This document shows, piece by piece, positions 20,567 through 31,314 of a stretch of 64,000 nt of DNA; positions within the stretch are counted from its first letter, which is position 1, and each line of letters begins with the position of its first letter. A program made the position numbers and the translations under genes. The DNA is from Candidatus Woesearchaeota archaeon. Its GTDB lineage: Archaea > Nanobdellota > Nanobdellia > Woesearchaeales > BS150m-G63. The notes beneath the pieces were generated by a model. That model was given only the letters and a program-made list of their open reading frames with translations, searched no databases and was not told the DNA's origin. The DNA lies in NCBI GenBank assembly GCA_016784165.1, contig JADHVD010000006.1:74-64073 (forward strand), written 5' to 3'.

Positions 20567-21100
20567 ATGAATTCTCCAAATTATTACAACCAGATTTCTC
20601 AAGGTTATGAAGAACTTCATAAAGAAGAACAAATCAAAAAACTCCACTTCATAAAAGACCTTCTTGAAAAGTTAGGCATCAAGATTAAACAAACAGACAC
20701 ACTGCTTGATGTTGGATGTGGCACTGGATTGACAACCCAATTCTGGAAATACACTAACTGTAATAAGACAGGAATAGATCCTGCAATAAAACTAATAGAA
20801 AAAGCAAAAGAAAAAGACAAAAACAAAGAAATCAAATATATTTTAGCAACTGCAGAGAATCTCCCATTCAAAGACAAAAATTTTGATATAACAATAAGCA
20901 TAACAGCCATCCAAAACTTTCATGATATAGAAAAAGGATTGAATGAAATTAAAAGAGTTTCAAAAAACCTAATCATCCTCAGCTTTCTAAAAAAATCTAA
21001 AAAGAAAGAAAAAATACTAAACCTAATAAAAAGTAAGTTCAACATAAAAGAGATTGCTGAAGAAGAAAAAGATATAATAATTATAGCTTACAAAATCTAA
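20567..21100 (+). CDS. Class I SAM-dependent methyltransferase
   Basis: LLDVGCGTG, AENLPFKD..FD; ATG at 20567 preferred over the TTG at 20555. Confidence 0.88.
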   Translation: MNSPNYYNQISQGYEELHKEEQIKKLHFIKDLLEKLGIKIKQTDTLLDVGCGTGLTTQFWKYTNCNKTGIDPAIKLIEKAKEKDKNKEIKYILATAENLPFKDKNFDITISITAIQNFHDIEKGLNEIKRVSKNLIILSFLKKSKKKEKILNLIKSKFNIKEIAEEEKDIIIIAYKI

Positions 21101-21149
21101 AACCAAAATCTTTATTAATTCTAACTCTATTTAATTATTAAAAAAGAGA

Positions 21150-21935
21150 ATGAAAAAATTAAATCTAAAAAACAATCTACTTTTCTTAATTCTAAAAAGA
21201 GTTTATAATTCAGCAAATCCGGCTGAATTTGAAAAACTCACCCATAAATCAATAGCAAAAGCATTCAAACACACATTATTTATCCTTTTCGTTTGTTTTA
21301 TCATAATGTCTATTCTGGCTTTACCAAAAATAATCTCAATCAGCTCAGATATCCAAAATAAATTTTCACATTTCGATAAACTAACACTCTCTATTGAAGC
21401 AGAAATGAACTCCCCATTGATATTTACAGAAAAAAACCCTCAAATAATAATAGATACAAATAATCAATTAAACATGAGCAAAGAAAAACTCATCATCACA
21501 AAAGAGCATATTTATTACAAACCATATAACACGCTCAAAAAGATAAACACTTCAGAATTCAAAAACTTATTAGAAAATAAAGAAAAAGCGTCCAACCTTT
21601 TAACATTTTTAATAATTCTTGCTTTACCTTCAATATTAATCACAAGCTATCTTTTATACGCAATAAAATATCTTTTTATTGCAATAGTTTTTACATTAAT
21701 AGGATTCATAATAGCAAGACTAAAAATCAACCCAATAAAATTTAAACAAATACTAAAAGTATCTCTTTATTCAACAACTTCAATGATTCTAATTGAAGTG
21801 ATTAGTGTACCATTCAGCACAACATATTTATTTCCTTTTGCTCAATTAATGGGAATGAATTTTTACATTTCAACAATGCTTCTTTATCTAATAACATTTA
21901 TTGCTGCTTTTTGGTTTGAAAGTAAAAAAGCATAA
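21150..21935 (+). CDS. Membrane protein, DUF1189-like
   Basis: One TM helix, a soluble domain, then 3 TM helices; family call tentative. Confidence 0.55.
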   Translation: MKKLNLKNNLLFLILKRVYNSANPAEFEKLTHKSIAKAFKHTLFILFVCFIIMSILALPKIISISSDIQNKFSHFDKLTLSIEAEMNSPLIFTEKNPQIIIDTNNQLNMSKEKLIITKEHIYYKPYNTLKKINTSEFKNLLENKEKASNLLTFLIILALPSILITSYLLYAIKYLFIAIVFTLIGFIIARLKINPIKFKQILKVSLYSTTSMILIEVISVPFSTTYLFPFAQLMGMNFYISTMLLYLITFIAAFWFESKKA

Positions 21936-21945
21936 AATATAAAAT

Positions 21946-22455
21946 ATGAAAATGAGAATCTCTGAAATAGCAAATCCAAGACAAACAGTGTTAATCACAA
22001 CAGGACACGACCATAAAAAACCTTCTGGTAGAATAGAACAAAAAGATAACATAATTACAATTGACTGGCATACTCCTTTGAGTTTTGAACCAATGCTTTA
22101 TGGAATTGTAATTGGAAAAAACAGATTTTCCCTAGAATTAATACGACGTTCAGGTGTTTTCGCAGTAAATTTCATGCCTTACTCAAAAGAAAAAGAAGTA
22201 CTCTACTGTGGAAGAAATTCTGGCCAATTTAAAGATAAATTCAAAGAAACTGGATTAACAAAAGAAGAATGCAGAACAATAGACTGTTATAGAATCAAAG
22301 AATCATCAGCATATCTTGAATGTGAAATTATCAACGAAATAGAAACAGGAGACCACATAATGTTTATAGGAAAAGTAGTAAACTTTAAAAAGAACAGCGA
22401 CACTAAAAGATTATTCCATACACATGGGGATGATTTTACAACAACATTGAAATAA
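21946..22455 (+). CDS. Flavin reductase-like FMN-binding protein
   Basis: PLSFEP, FAVNF, CGRNSG...DKF, LECEI...GDHIMFIGKV. Confidence 0.9.
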   Translation: MKMRISEIANPRQTVLITTGHDHKKPSGRIEQKDNIITIDWHTPLSFEPMLYGIVIGKNRFSLELIRRSGVFAVNFMPYSKEKEVLYCGRNSGQFKDKFKETGLTKEECRTIDCYRIKESSAYLECEIINEIETGDHIMFIGKVVNFKKNSDTKRLFHTHGDDFTTTLK

Positions 22456-22488
22456 TAAACAAAAATTAAGATAGATAGGTGAAGAAAT

Positions 22489-23430
22489 ATGACAGACCAA
22501 GAAAAAATAAATGAACTCGCTGAAACATTAAAATCAAGAGGATTAGCTGCATCAATGGCAGATGCTATTGAAAAAGCACAAAATATAATTGGCGGCATCA
22601 AGCCAAAAAAAGAAGAACCGAAAGTTGAAGTTAAAGAAAGTGTAGAAGTTAAAGAAAATTTAGTTGATGAAACTCAAACAACACAAAAAAATGTTTCGGA
22701 AGACATCAAAGAAATTGAAAAAGAGGAAGCTGAATTAGAAACTAAAAAAGATCCTGCTCAAGAAACATTAAATTCTCAACAAAATTCTACTGAATATGAT
22801 ATCACAAAAGAACAAGGAACTCTAAATGAAGTAATGGAAACTAAAAAGGAAGAAGAACCAACTATAGAAATCCATGAAAATCAAGAAGACTCAAATTTCC
22901 TTAACTCTGAAGAAGAAAATTCAATAGAAAAAAATCCAGAAACTGCACAAGAATCACATGAATCAATTTTAGATGAACCAACTGCATTAGGCTCAGAACA
23001 TCAATCAGATGATTTAGATATTCCCGCTGAACAAAATGTACAATCATCAGAACCCCCAATGCAGGACAAAGGAGAAACATTAGATATTGATGATATCCCA
23101 CCAGCATCAGAGGAACTAAGTTTCATAAAAACAATTGAAGAAGAGGCAGAAGAAAACTTAAACGAAAAAAAAGAATCAAAACCAAATTTAACAGAAGGGT
23201 TAATGGAAACAGAACCTTCTCTTGATACAGAAAAACCAAATGAAGAACCAACTATAAATTCTGCTCCAAAACCACAAGAAACACCGACGCAAGAAACTCA
23301 AACAACAGAAACAACATCACAATCTGCCCAGGAAGCAAAACCAGATATACCTAAGAAAAAAACTGAATTAACAGAAGAAGAAAAAAAGATGACTAATTTA
23401 TCCAATATATTCAATTACGGAAAAAGATAA
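22489..23430 (+). CDS. Acidic, largely disordered hypothetical protein
   Basis: E/P/T-rich core with ordered-looking N- and C-terminal motifs. Confidence 0.8.
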   Translation: MTDQEKINELAETLKSRGLAASMADAIEKAQNIIGGIKPKKEEPKVEVKESVEVKENLVDETQTTQKNVSEDIKEIEKEEAELETKKDPAQETLNSQQNSTEYDITKEQGTLNEVMETKKEEEPTIEIHENQEDSNFLNSEEENSIEKNPETAQESHESILDEPTALGSEHQSDDLDIPAEQNVQSSEPPMQDKGETLDIDDIPPASEELSFIKTIEEEAEENLNEKKESKPNLTEGLMETEPSLDTEKPNEEPTINSAPKPQETPTQETQTTETTSQSAQEAKPDIPKKKTELTEEEKKMTNLSNIFNYGKR

Positions 23431-23468
23431 ATTAAAATTTAACAAAAAATAGTAAATTAGAGGTGAAA

Positions 23469-24749
23469 ATGCTTAACTACATAGATTTAAAATATATTCC
23501 AAATAGAAAAGATCTTGTTTGTGAGTTTTATGTTGAACCTAACAGGATTTCTTTAGAAAAAGCAGCAGAAAATATAGCTATGGAAAGTTCCATTGGCACT
23601 TGGACAACTATTTCTACAATGAATAAAGAAGTAGCAACTAAATTAAAACCAAGTGTTTTCTCAATAGACAAAACAACTAAAACAATCAAAATAGCATACC
23701 CTCAAGATTTATTTGAACAAGGAAATATGCCTCAAATTCTCTCAAGCATTGCTGGAAACATATATGGCATGAAAATAATAAAAAATCTAAGACTACAAGA
23801 CATCAGTTTCCCAAAAGATATTATTGATAGTTTTAAAGGTCCAGAATTTGGTATTAAAGGTATAAGAAAACTGCTAAAAGTAAAACAAAGACCTTTAGTT
23901 GGAACAATAGTAAAACCAAAACTAGGACTTCATGAAAAACAACATGCAAAAGTTGCTTACGAATCTTGGATGGGTGGATTAGATATTGTTAAAGATGATG
24001 AAAATCTAACCTCTATGAGTTTCAATAATTTTTATGAAAGAATAAAACAAACATTAAAACTAAGAGATGTGGCTGAAATTGAAACAGGTGAGAAAAAAAT
24101 ATATATGCCTAATGTTACAGCAGAAACAAACGAAATGCTCAAAAGGGCTAAATTCGTAAAAAAGAATGGGGGAGAATATGTTATGATTGATATTCTCACA
24201 GCAGGATTTGGCGCACTCCAAACATTAAGGCAAGCAAACCTTGGGTTAGTGATTCACGCTCATAGAGCAGGACACGCAGCAATAACAAGGTATCACAAAC
24301 ACGGAATCTCTATGCTTGCTATAGCTAAAATAGCAAGACTAATCGGTGTTGATCAACTTCATATTGGAACAGCAGTTGGAAAAATGGAAGGCGCTGCAAA
24401 AGAAGTAAGAATGATAGAAGAAGAAATTGAAGAGAGATTCATTGATAAAAAAACCAAACAACACGTTCTTGAACAAGATTGGAGATATATCAAACCAGTA
24501 TTTGCTGTCTGTAGCGGAGGATTGCATCCAGGACATACAGAGCCATTAATTAAAATAATGGGAAAGAATATCATCGCTCAATATGGTGGAGGGTGTCACG
24601 GGCATCCAGATGGTACAAGAGCAGGAGCAAAAGCAATAAGGCAATCAGTTTCAGCAGTAATGAAAAAGAAAAGTCTAAAAGAATATTCTAAAACTCATCC
24701 AGAATTAGCTAAAGCAATCAAGAAATGGGGATATTTTAAGAGAAAATAA
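23469..24749 (+). CDS. rbcL: Form III RuBisCO large subunit
   Basis: ESSIGTW, GTIVKPKLG, KDDEN, HAHRAGH, GKMEG, SGGLHPG, GGGCHGHP; AGGTGA SD before the ATG at 23469. Confidence 0.95.
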   Translation: MLNYIDLKYIPNRKDLVCEFYVEPNRISLEKAAENIAMESSIGTWTTISTMNKEVATKLKPSVFSIDKTTKTIKIAYPQDLFEQGNMPQILSSIAGNIYGMKIIKNLRLQDISFPKDIIDSFKGPEFGIKGIRKLLKVKQRPLVGTIVKPKLGLHEKQHAKVAYESWMGGLDIVKDDENLTSMSFNNFYERIKQTLKLRDVAEIETGEKKIYMPNVTAETNEMLKRAKFVKKNGGEYVMIDILTAGFGALQTLRQANLGLVIHAHRAGHAAITRYHKHGISMLAIAKIARLIGVDQLHIGTAVGKMEGAAKEVRMIEEEIEERFIDKKTKQHVLEQDWRYIKPVFAVCSGGLHPGHTEPLIKIMGKNIIAQYGGGCHGHPDGTRAGAKAIRQSVSAVMKKKSLKEYSKTHPELAKAIKKWGYFKRK

Positions 24750-24904
24750 TTATTTATCTTTTAATTTTCTTTTTCTTTTCAAAAGTTTTGATATAATTTT
24801 TTTTAATATTATGTGTACGTGTCTATTGCTACAATAACACTCATCCGAATATCTTCCGAAAAACACTCAAAAACTTTATTAACTCTCTAAATTTTAACCC
24901 TCTC

Positions 24905-25504
24905 ATGAAATTAATTATAATAAGGCATGGGCAGACAGCTGAAAATAAAAAAAAGATAACTCAAGGTCATTTAGATACATCTCTTTCTAATGAAGGCAAA
25001 GAGCAAATAAAAAAGATAGCCAACAGATTAAAACATGAAAAAATTGATTTTGCTTATTCTAGTGATTTAAGAAGGGCAAAACACACAGCAGAAGCAATAT
25101 TAAAATTCCACCCAGAAACACAACTTATTCTCACAGAAGAATTAAGAGAACAAAAAAAAGGGATTTATGAAGGCAAACACGGAAATATTTTACATGAAAA
25201 TATCATGAAAACAAGAAAACCTTATGATCAATTTAAACCTCAAAATGGAGAATCTATGTTAGAAGTAAAAAAAAGAACAATAAAACTTTATAATGAATTA
25301 ATTGATAAACATCTTGGAAAAACTATATTAATTGTCACACATGGTGGGCCAGTAAGATGTCTGCTGATGACCTTACATAAAGAACCAGAAGAGAATTATA
25401 AAAAATACATTCATGGAAACACTTCTATGACAATTTTAGAAATCAGTGATGATAGAAAACATAATGTAAGGGTGTTTAACTGTAATAAACATTTAGAAGA
25501 TTAA
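24905..25504 (+). CDS. Histidine phosphatase family protein
   Basis: IRHGQT, SSDLRRAKHT, LRE, GES, VTHGG. Confidence 0.92.
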   Translation: MKLIIIRHGQTAENKKKITQGHLDTSLSNEGKEQIKKIANRLKHEKIDFAYSSDLRRAKHTAEAILKFHPETQLILTEELREQKKGIYEGKHGNILHENIMKTRKPYDQFKPQNGESMLEVKKRTIKLYNELIDKHLGKTILIVTHGGPVRCLLMTLHKEPEENYKKYIHGNTSMTILEISDDRKHNVRVFNCNKHLED

Positions 25505-25551
25505 TTCTAAAATAAAAATAATAAAAGAAAAAGAAAAAATAAACCTTATTT

Positions 25552-28374
25552 CTAAGGTCTTGGTTTCGGAGTGAATATCTTCACAAGTACGAAGATTATA
25601 ATCACTAACAACACTAAATTAACTAACGCCAAAGTAACTGCATAACCAATAGAATCTGAAAAACCTTCAGATGATGTTGGTATATCAGATGTTACAGCTC
25701 CAGTTGGAGTTGGTGCTGGGGGTGTTGTAGGGGTTGTTGGTGTTGTAGGAGTTATGGTAACACAATCTTCAACAACTAAATTAACAACATTATAATCTGT
25801 CATGTCATTGTCATCATATTCATCTTCATCATAATATGTTTTGATGGTTATTCCATAAGTTCCTGCTGCAAAGCTATCACTTAATGAAATAGGTATTGTT
25901 TCTGAATATGTTTCTGGTTCATCCAAATTAATATCTTTCTTTAAGAAAGAAATTCCTAATTCTGAACTTTCAACAGATAACACGACATCATTTTCGTCTC
26001 TTTCACCTGTGTTTGTGATATCAATCATCAAAGATGTAGATCTAACACATTTAAGAATACTTAATCCTAAATCTGCATCAGACACAGCAACATCATGAGT
26101 TGCTTTTTCAACATCTAATATAATTGTCCATTCATCAGTATATTCTTCACCGTCTTCGTCTTCTCCCTCAACTTCAATATCTAAATCATAACTTGCGCTG
26201 TCTAATTCCCATGGAATATCAAAACTAAAAGATGCTTCTTCAGTATCTCCATCATTGATATCTCCAATATCATATTCAGCTTCTAAGTCATCTCCATCAT
26301 CAATATCTATTATTGTTACAGTAACAACAACATCTTCCATATCTAAGTCATCTTTATTTTTAACAGTAACATCTAAAGTAAGAGTCTTTCCAGGACTTAT
26401 TGAATTAAGTTCATCACCACTACCTAGGTTATTCTCTTCATTACTATCAACTTCATCAATAACTAACAATTCAAGTGGAGCTTCTGTAACAGTTATAGTT
26501 ACAGCAACAGTATCACTAATTCCTTCATTAGTACTTACAGTTATTGTTCCTGAATAAGTTCCAACAGATAAATCAGTTATGTTTGCAGTAACAGTTACAC
26601 TTTGTGAAGCACCTGCTACTAAAGCATCTGTTGCGCTAAAACTTACTTTTCCATTGCTTGAATCACTTGAAGCATAAATTAAAGCTATTCCGCTTAAATC
26701 TAATGTTCCATTGTTTGTTAAAGTCAAAGTTGCAGTTTTAGTAGTGTCTTCATCATTTCCACTAATACTTAAGGTATCAGCAACAGCTAGACCATAAACA
26801 CCAGTTGTCAATTCAACTGATAAAGGCAATTCAACTGTGTTTCCTGCATTATCAACTACAACTATTTCTCCTTCATAAGTACCTTCAACAGGTTCTCCTT
26901 CCAGAGTAATAATTACATCAACTTCTTGTGATCCATCCCATTCCAATTCAAATGCACTTGGGCTAAATGAAACATTACTAATACTATATTCACCATCATT
27001 TGTCAGGTCAGTTGCTGTTATACTAGTAACATTCACCAACATATTACCTGAAGCACTAACAACAAAAGTAGTTGTGCCTGTTGAACCTGCAATTGGATTA
27101 ACAATTAATGCCTTAGAAGGTTCTGTTGCTTCAAAACCAACATAAGTTGGATTGACAGTAAACTCAACATTAGCAGTTCCTGCTGTGATATTGTAAGTTC
27201 CATTTGCAATTGGAGGTACAACAAAAGTTATACTCAATACTCCATTTGCATCAGTAGTTGTTGAATTAACAATTGTTCCATCTAACTTAACATCTACATT
27301 TGATCCTGGGCTAAATCCAGTTCCAGTAACAGTGATTTCAGCACCAATATCTCCAGAATTAGAAGATACACTTATCTCTGGATTATCAAAAGTTAATGTT
27401 TCTGAAGTTCCTGTAATACCATTAATATCTGTAGCATTGATCGTAAAAAATTGTGCTACACTTGAAATAACAGTGATTGTATCAACACCACTTTCTGTCC
27501 CAGTAAACACATAAGGTGCTGTAGGATTCCATGTTAGATTATCTGCAGAAGTTGCGGTTGTTGTGATTGTATAATCACCAATATAATCTAAAACAGTATT
27601 ATTATACTCGTCCTGTGCAGTAACAGTGATTGTTTCTGAATCTCCAACAGTTGAATATCCACTATGAGTAACAGCGAAATGATGCATTCCTGCTGCAGAA
27701 ATCACTAATGCAGTAGAAGTATCACCATCTAAAAATGCGTTATTTGCAGTTATTGTAATACTTTCTGCTTTTGTGTTAGTTAATTGGATGGTTCCATTCC
27801 CATCTCCATTAAATTCATATTTCCATACACCTGGACCATTCCAAGCAGATCCTTCTGACCATGTAACAGTATTAAAATCATCTGCAGTAGTAGTCAATAA
27901 AGCATAACCATCATAATTAGCAACATTTCCATATTGGTCTTTTGCTAATAGATTAATAGCTACATTTTCTCCTGCAACCCCTTCTCCACCATGCTCAACC
28001 AATAATTCTACTGCATCGGCAGGATTAACAGTAATGTTTGTAACATTATCTGTGCCTGTTCCATTATAAACAGTAAGATTAAATGTTTCAGCAACATTGC
28101 CTGAAAGACTTAAATTAACAACACCACCATCGCTAGTAGCATTAAATGTATAATTATCATCTCCAAGTATTCCATCTCCATTAACAATATTCCATGTTAA
28201 CGCAGAATCTGTAGTAGTATTCCAAAATACACTACCCATGTAATTATCATCGTCCATATTTATGGAAATATTAAGAATCTCTCCTGCAGTAAAGCTTCCT
28301 GTATGTGTTACAGTAAATGCACTTACAAAAGGTATAACTAGTAGAACAAAAAATAACATTAAAAATTTTTTCAT
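25552..28374 (-). CDS. Membrane-anchored surface protein with Ig-like repeats and an S-layer-like C-terminal module
   Basis: 940 aa, signal peptide, T/N/G-rich beta repeats, PT linker, C-terminal TM helix. Confidence 0.85.
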   Translation of the reverse strand: MKKFLMLFFVLLVIPFVSAFTVTHTGSFTAGEILNISINMDDDNYMGSVFWNTTTDSALTWNIVNGDGILGDDNYTFNATSDGGVVNLSLSGNVAETFNLTVYNGTGTDNVTNITVNPADAVELLVEHGGEGVAGENVAINLLAKDQYGNVANYDGYALLTTTADDFNTVTWSEGSAWNGPGVWKYEFNGDGNGTIQLTNTKAESITITANNAFLDGDTSTALVISAAGMHHFAVTHSGYSTVGDSETITVTAQDEYNNTVLDYIGDYTITTTATSADNLTWNPTAPYVFTGTESGVDTITVISSVAQFFTINATDINGITGTSETLTFDNPEISVSSNSGDIGAEITVTGTGFSPGSNVDVKLDGTIVNSTTTDANGVLSITFVVPPIANGTYNITAGTANVEFTVNPTYVGFEATEPSKALIVNPIAGSTGTTTFVVSASGNMLVNVTSITATDLTNDGEYSISNVSFSPSAFELEWDGSQEVDVIITLEGEPVEGTYEGEIVVVDNAGNTVELPLSVELTTGVYGLAVADTLSISGNDEDTTKTATLTLTNNGTLDLSGIALIYASSDSSNGKVSFSATDALVAGASQSVTVTANITDLSVGTYSGTITVSTNEGISDTVAVTITVTEAPLELLVIDEVDSNEENNLGSGDELNSISPGKTLTLDVTVKNKDDLDMEDVVVTVTIIDIDDGDDLEAEYDIGDINDGDTEEASFSFDIPWELDSASYDLDIEVEGEDEDGEEYTDEWTIILDVEKATHDVAVSDADLGLSILKCVRSTSLMIDITNTGERDENDVVLSVESSELGISFLKKDINLDEPETYSETIPISLSDSFAAGTYGITIKTYYDEDEYDDNDMTDYNVVNLVVEDCVTITPTTPTTPTTPPAPTPTGAVTSDIPTSSEGFSDSIGYAVTLALVNLVLLVIIIFVLVKIFTPKPRP

Positions 28375-28586
28375 CTTATTTTACCCCCAAACTTTTTAAG
28401 TTAAATATTAAAGAGAATCTTATTCTCTACAAGTTTATAAACTATTATCACTCAATAGTCGCAAATAGTATTTAAATATTGTTATATTCCAACATATATC
28501 CTCTACAATATAGTTTTTACTGGGTAGTAAAGAATAAAAAACAAGTAAGAATCTAATCACTATAAATCTTTTGATGAATAATTTTT

Positions 28587-29738
28587 TCAAATAATCTTCC
28601 TCAATTCCGAATAAGCAACCACTGCAGTAGGCCTTATCCTTGTCAAAGGATTTAACATCAACCTATAATTGAGTCTTTCAGTTTCCTTATTAAACACCAC
28701 TCCTTTTTTCTCAGAAAAATCTTTCATTAACTTTTCAATATCAAAAATTTTCTCAAAATAATCCCCATAAACTTTCTGAGATTTATCAATAAGATCAAAA
28801 AGTAATTCTCCCTCTCTCTTATGATTTTTAATTTTATCCATCAACACATCAACAGTTTTTTTAGTATTATAAGTACAGACCCGGTTATTCCATTTTTTCC
28901 CATGTTTTATATATCTCTGAAAAGTATATTTCATTTCAGCCTCATCTAAACTATCTCTATAAAACCTATTATCTCCATGTTGTTTATTCTGCAACACCCT
29001 TGTAAAAGGGTAGTTATTTCCAATACCTATAAAATAAGGGGTGATACTAATAGCCCCATTTCTCCTATCTTTCAACATTAAAAATTTAAAATGCATTTTT
29101 TCTTTGTCTCCAAAACTAGTAAACTTTTTTTTATCAATTATTCCTTCTTTAGTATAATCCAACAACAATAATTCATCCTCACTCATCCATTTCATCAAAG
29201 AATATTTAGCCGGAGCAATAGCACTTATTTTTTCTAACTTATTAAATTTAAACTCATTAAGATGAAGTCTTTTCAATGGGTCCTCAATCTCTTTCTCAAA
29301 ATCCTCCATCATCACCTCAGCACCATAATGTTTTTCAAAAAAACCAACATCTATTTTTTTAATAAAATCATAGCCCTTTTCATTCAAAACATTCTCAAAA
29401 TTAGGATGTATTTTTTTAATTACTTTTACCTCTTTGTTCACAGCCACAGCAGGAGAAAGCACAAACAAAAAATTCTCTCTGAATTTATAGAAAGTATAAT
29501 CACAATTAGGCTTTTGTTCTATATTATCGCCAGAATTAGTTATATAATTAGCAACTTTTTCAATACCTTCACTTGTATGAATATAATTTAAAGCACTAAA
29601 ATGATGGCTTTTCTTAGCTTTTTCAATCTCTCTTCCCTGTTTTTCTTCACTCAAAAGATAAAAACTATCTGCATTATTATACAATCTCTCGATAGCATTT
29701 TCAAGGTCAGACTCATGTGTATCAAATATTGGTTCCAT
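28587..29738 (-). CDS. Hypothetical protein
   Basis: 383-aa ORF, no motif recognised. Confidence 0.7.
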   Translation of the reverse strand: MEPIFDTHESDLENAIERLYNNADSFYLLSEEKQGREIEKAKKSHHFSALNYIHTSEGIEKVANYITNSGDNIEQKPNCDYTFYKFRENFLFVLSPAVAVNKEVKVIKKIHPNFENVLNEKGYDFIKKIDVGFFEKHYGAEVMMEDFEKEIEDPLKRLHLNEFKFNKLEKISAIAPAKYSLMKWMSEDELLLLDYTKEGIIDKKKFTSFGDKEKMHFKFLMLKDRRNGAISITPYFIGIGNNYPFTRVLQNKQHGDNRFYRDSLDEAEMKYTFQRYIKHGKKWNNRVCTYNTKKTVDVLMDKIKNHKREGELLFDLIDKSQKVYGDYFEKIFDIEKLMKDFSEKKGVVFNKETERLNYRLMLNPLTRIRPTAVVAYSELRKII

Positions 29739-29801
29739 TATCTACTAAAAAGTGACAACACTTTAAAAAACTTGTGTATTACTGAGATATACAAGAAACA
29801 A

Positions 29802-29924
29802 TTACCTTTTTTTGATTTTATGATCACAAAAAGAACATTTCCAGAACTCAAATACATCTTCTTTAAAAGAAAAAGGAAGCAATTCTCCTTCATTACATTT
29901 TGGACATTTTGGAAAAAATGACAT
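29802..29924 (-). CDS. 40-aa Zn-finger microprotein (absent from ORF track)
   Basis: MSFFPKCPKCNEGELLPFSFKEDVFEFWKCSFCDHKIKKR*; two CxxC pairs. Confidence 0.7.
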   Translation of the reverse strand: MSFFPKCPKCNEGELLPFSFKEDVFEFWKCSFCDHKIKKR

Positions 29925-30036
29925 TTTATAATTTAGATTGGTTACTCTTTAATAAACATTGTGGTTTTAAAAACTAAACTAATTAAATATCTATTTTATG
30001 AAAACTTTTAAATAAACCCAAACAAACTAAAAAACA

Positions 30037-31314
30037 ATGGAAAAAATATACTTTGAAACCTATGGTTGCTCACTAAACCTAGCAGATACTGAAACAATGC
30101 AAGGCATCTTAGTCAAAGACAAATTCCAAATAACCAAAGATATAAACAACGCAGATCTAATAATCATAAACACCTGCACTGTAAAATCTCCAACAGATTC
30201 TGCTTTTTTAAAAAAAATAAAAGAACTACCAAAAAAACCAACAATTATAGCAGGATGTATCCCACAATCACAACCAACACTCAAAGCACTAGAAGGATAT
30301 TCATTAATAGGCACATATCAATTAGCCCACATATCTGAAGTAGTTGAAGAAACATTACAAGGAAACACAGTGGTTCTCATTGCAGAATCATCAGAAGAAA
30401 AAGAAAATCCTCGACTAGCACTACCAAGAATAAACCATAAAAACATAATCGAAATAATCCCAATAAATTCTGGCTGTTTAGGTCACTGCACTTATTGTTT
30501 AACAAAAAAAGCAAGAGGAGAACTCCTTTCATACCACCCAGACTTAATAATAAAAAGAGTGATTCAAGCATCAAAAAAAAATGTAAAAGAAATCTGGCTA
30601 ACTTCACAAGATACAGGTGCTTATGGTTTAGACATCAAAACAAACCTGCCAAGACTATTAAAAGACTTGATCAAAATTCCAGGAACTCATAGAATAAGAT
30701 TAGGAATGGCAAACCCAGACCACATCAAGAAATACCTTCCAGAATTAATAGAAATATTCAACTCACCAAAAATGTTTAAGTTCATCCACATCCCAGTTCA
30801 GTCAGGAAACAATGAAGTGTTAAAAAAGATGGGCCGAAAATACAAAATAGAAGATTTCAAACATATAATTCAGGAATTTAAAAAAGCACACCCGAATATA
30901 ACTTTAGCAACAGACATAATATGTGGATTTCCTGGAGAAACAGATATTCAATTCCAAGATTCAATAAAATTAGTAGAAGAACTAAAACCAGATGTATTAA
31001 ACATTTCAAAATTCTGGAAAAGGCCAAACACCCCAGCAGCAAAATTAAAACAAACCCATGGAATAAAAATTAAAGAGCGTTCAGGAAAACTAACAAGAAC
31101 ATTTCATTGGAATGCGTTTCAAAACAACAAAAAATGGAAAGACTGGAAAGGCAATATAATTATAGATGAAAAAGGAAAAAACAACACATCTATAGGAAGA
31201 AATCAACACTACAAACAAATTATAGTAGACGGAAATTACCAACTAGGCCAAGAGGTAAAAATAAAAATAATAAAAACAACTATTCACGATTTAAGAGCAA
31301 TAGAAATAAGATAA
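30037..31314 (+). CDS. mtaB: tRNA t6A37 methylthiotransferase (MtaB/MiaB-like radical SAM, TRAM domain)
   Basis: TYGCSLN, INTCTVK, GCLGHCTYC, TSQDTGAYG, HIPVQSG, DIICGFPGET. Confidence 0.9.
   Translation: MEKIYFETYGCSLNLADTETMQGILVKDKFQITKDINNADLIIINTCTVKSPTDSAFLKKIKELPKKPTIIAGCIPQSQPTLKALEGYSLIGTYQLAHISEVVEETLQGNTVVLIAESSEEKENPRLALPRINHKNIIEIIPINSGCLGHCTYCLTKKARGELLSYHPDLIIKRVIQASKKNVKEIWLTSQDTGAYGLDIKTNLPRLLKDLIKIPGTHRIRLGMANPDHIKKYLPELIEIFNSPKMFKFIHIPVQSGNNEVLKKMGRKYKIEDFKHIIQEFKKAHPNITLATDIICGFPGETDIQFQDSIKLVEELKPDVLNISKFWKRPNTPAAKLKQTHGIKIKERSGKLTRTFHWNAFQNNKKWKDWKGNIIIDEKGKNNTSIGRNQHYKQIIVDGNYQLGQEVKIKIIKTTIHDLRAIEIR

Noticed and set aside
24752-24868. 38-aa minus-strand ORF (MFFGRYSDECYCSNRHVH...)
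   Set aside because: GTG start without SD, next to the promoter of the phosphatase gene, and its low-complexity tail is explained by the rbcL U-tract terminator.
24905-25504. Calling the histidine phosphatase cobC
   Set aside because: Only family-level motifs are visible and it is not adjacent to the B12 genes.
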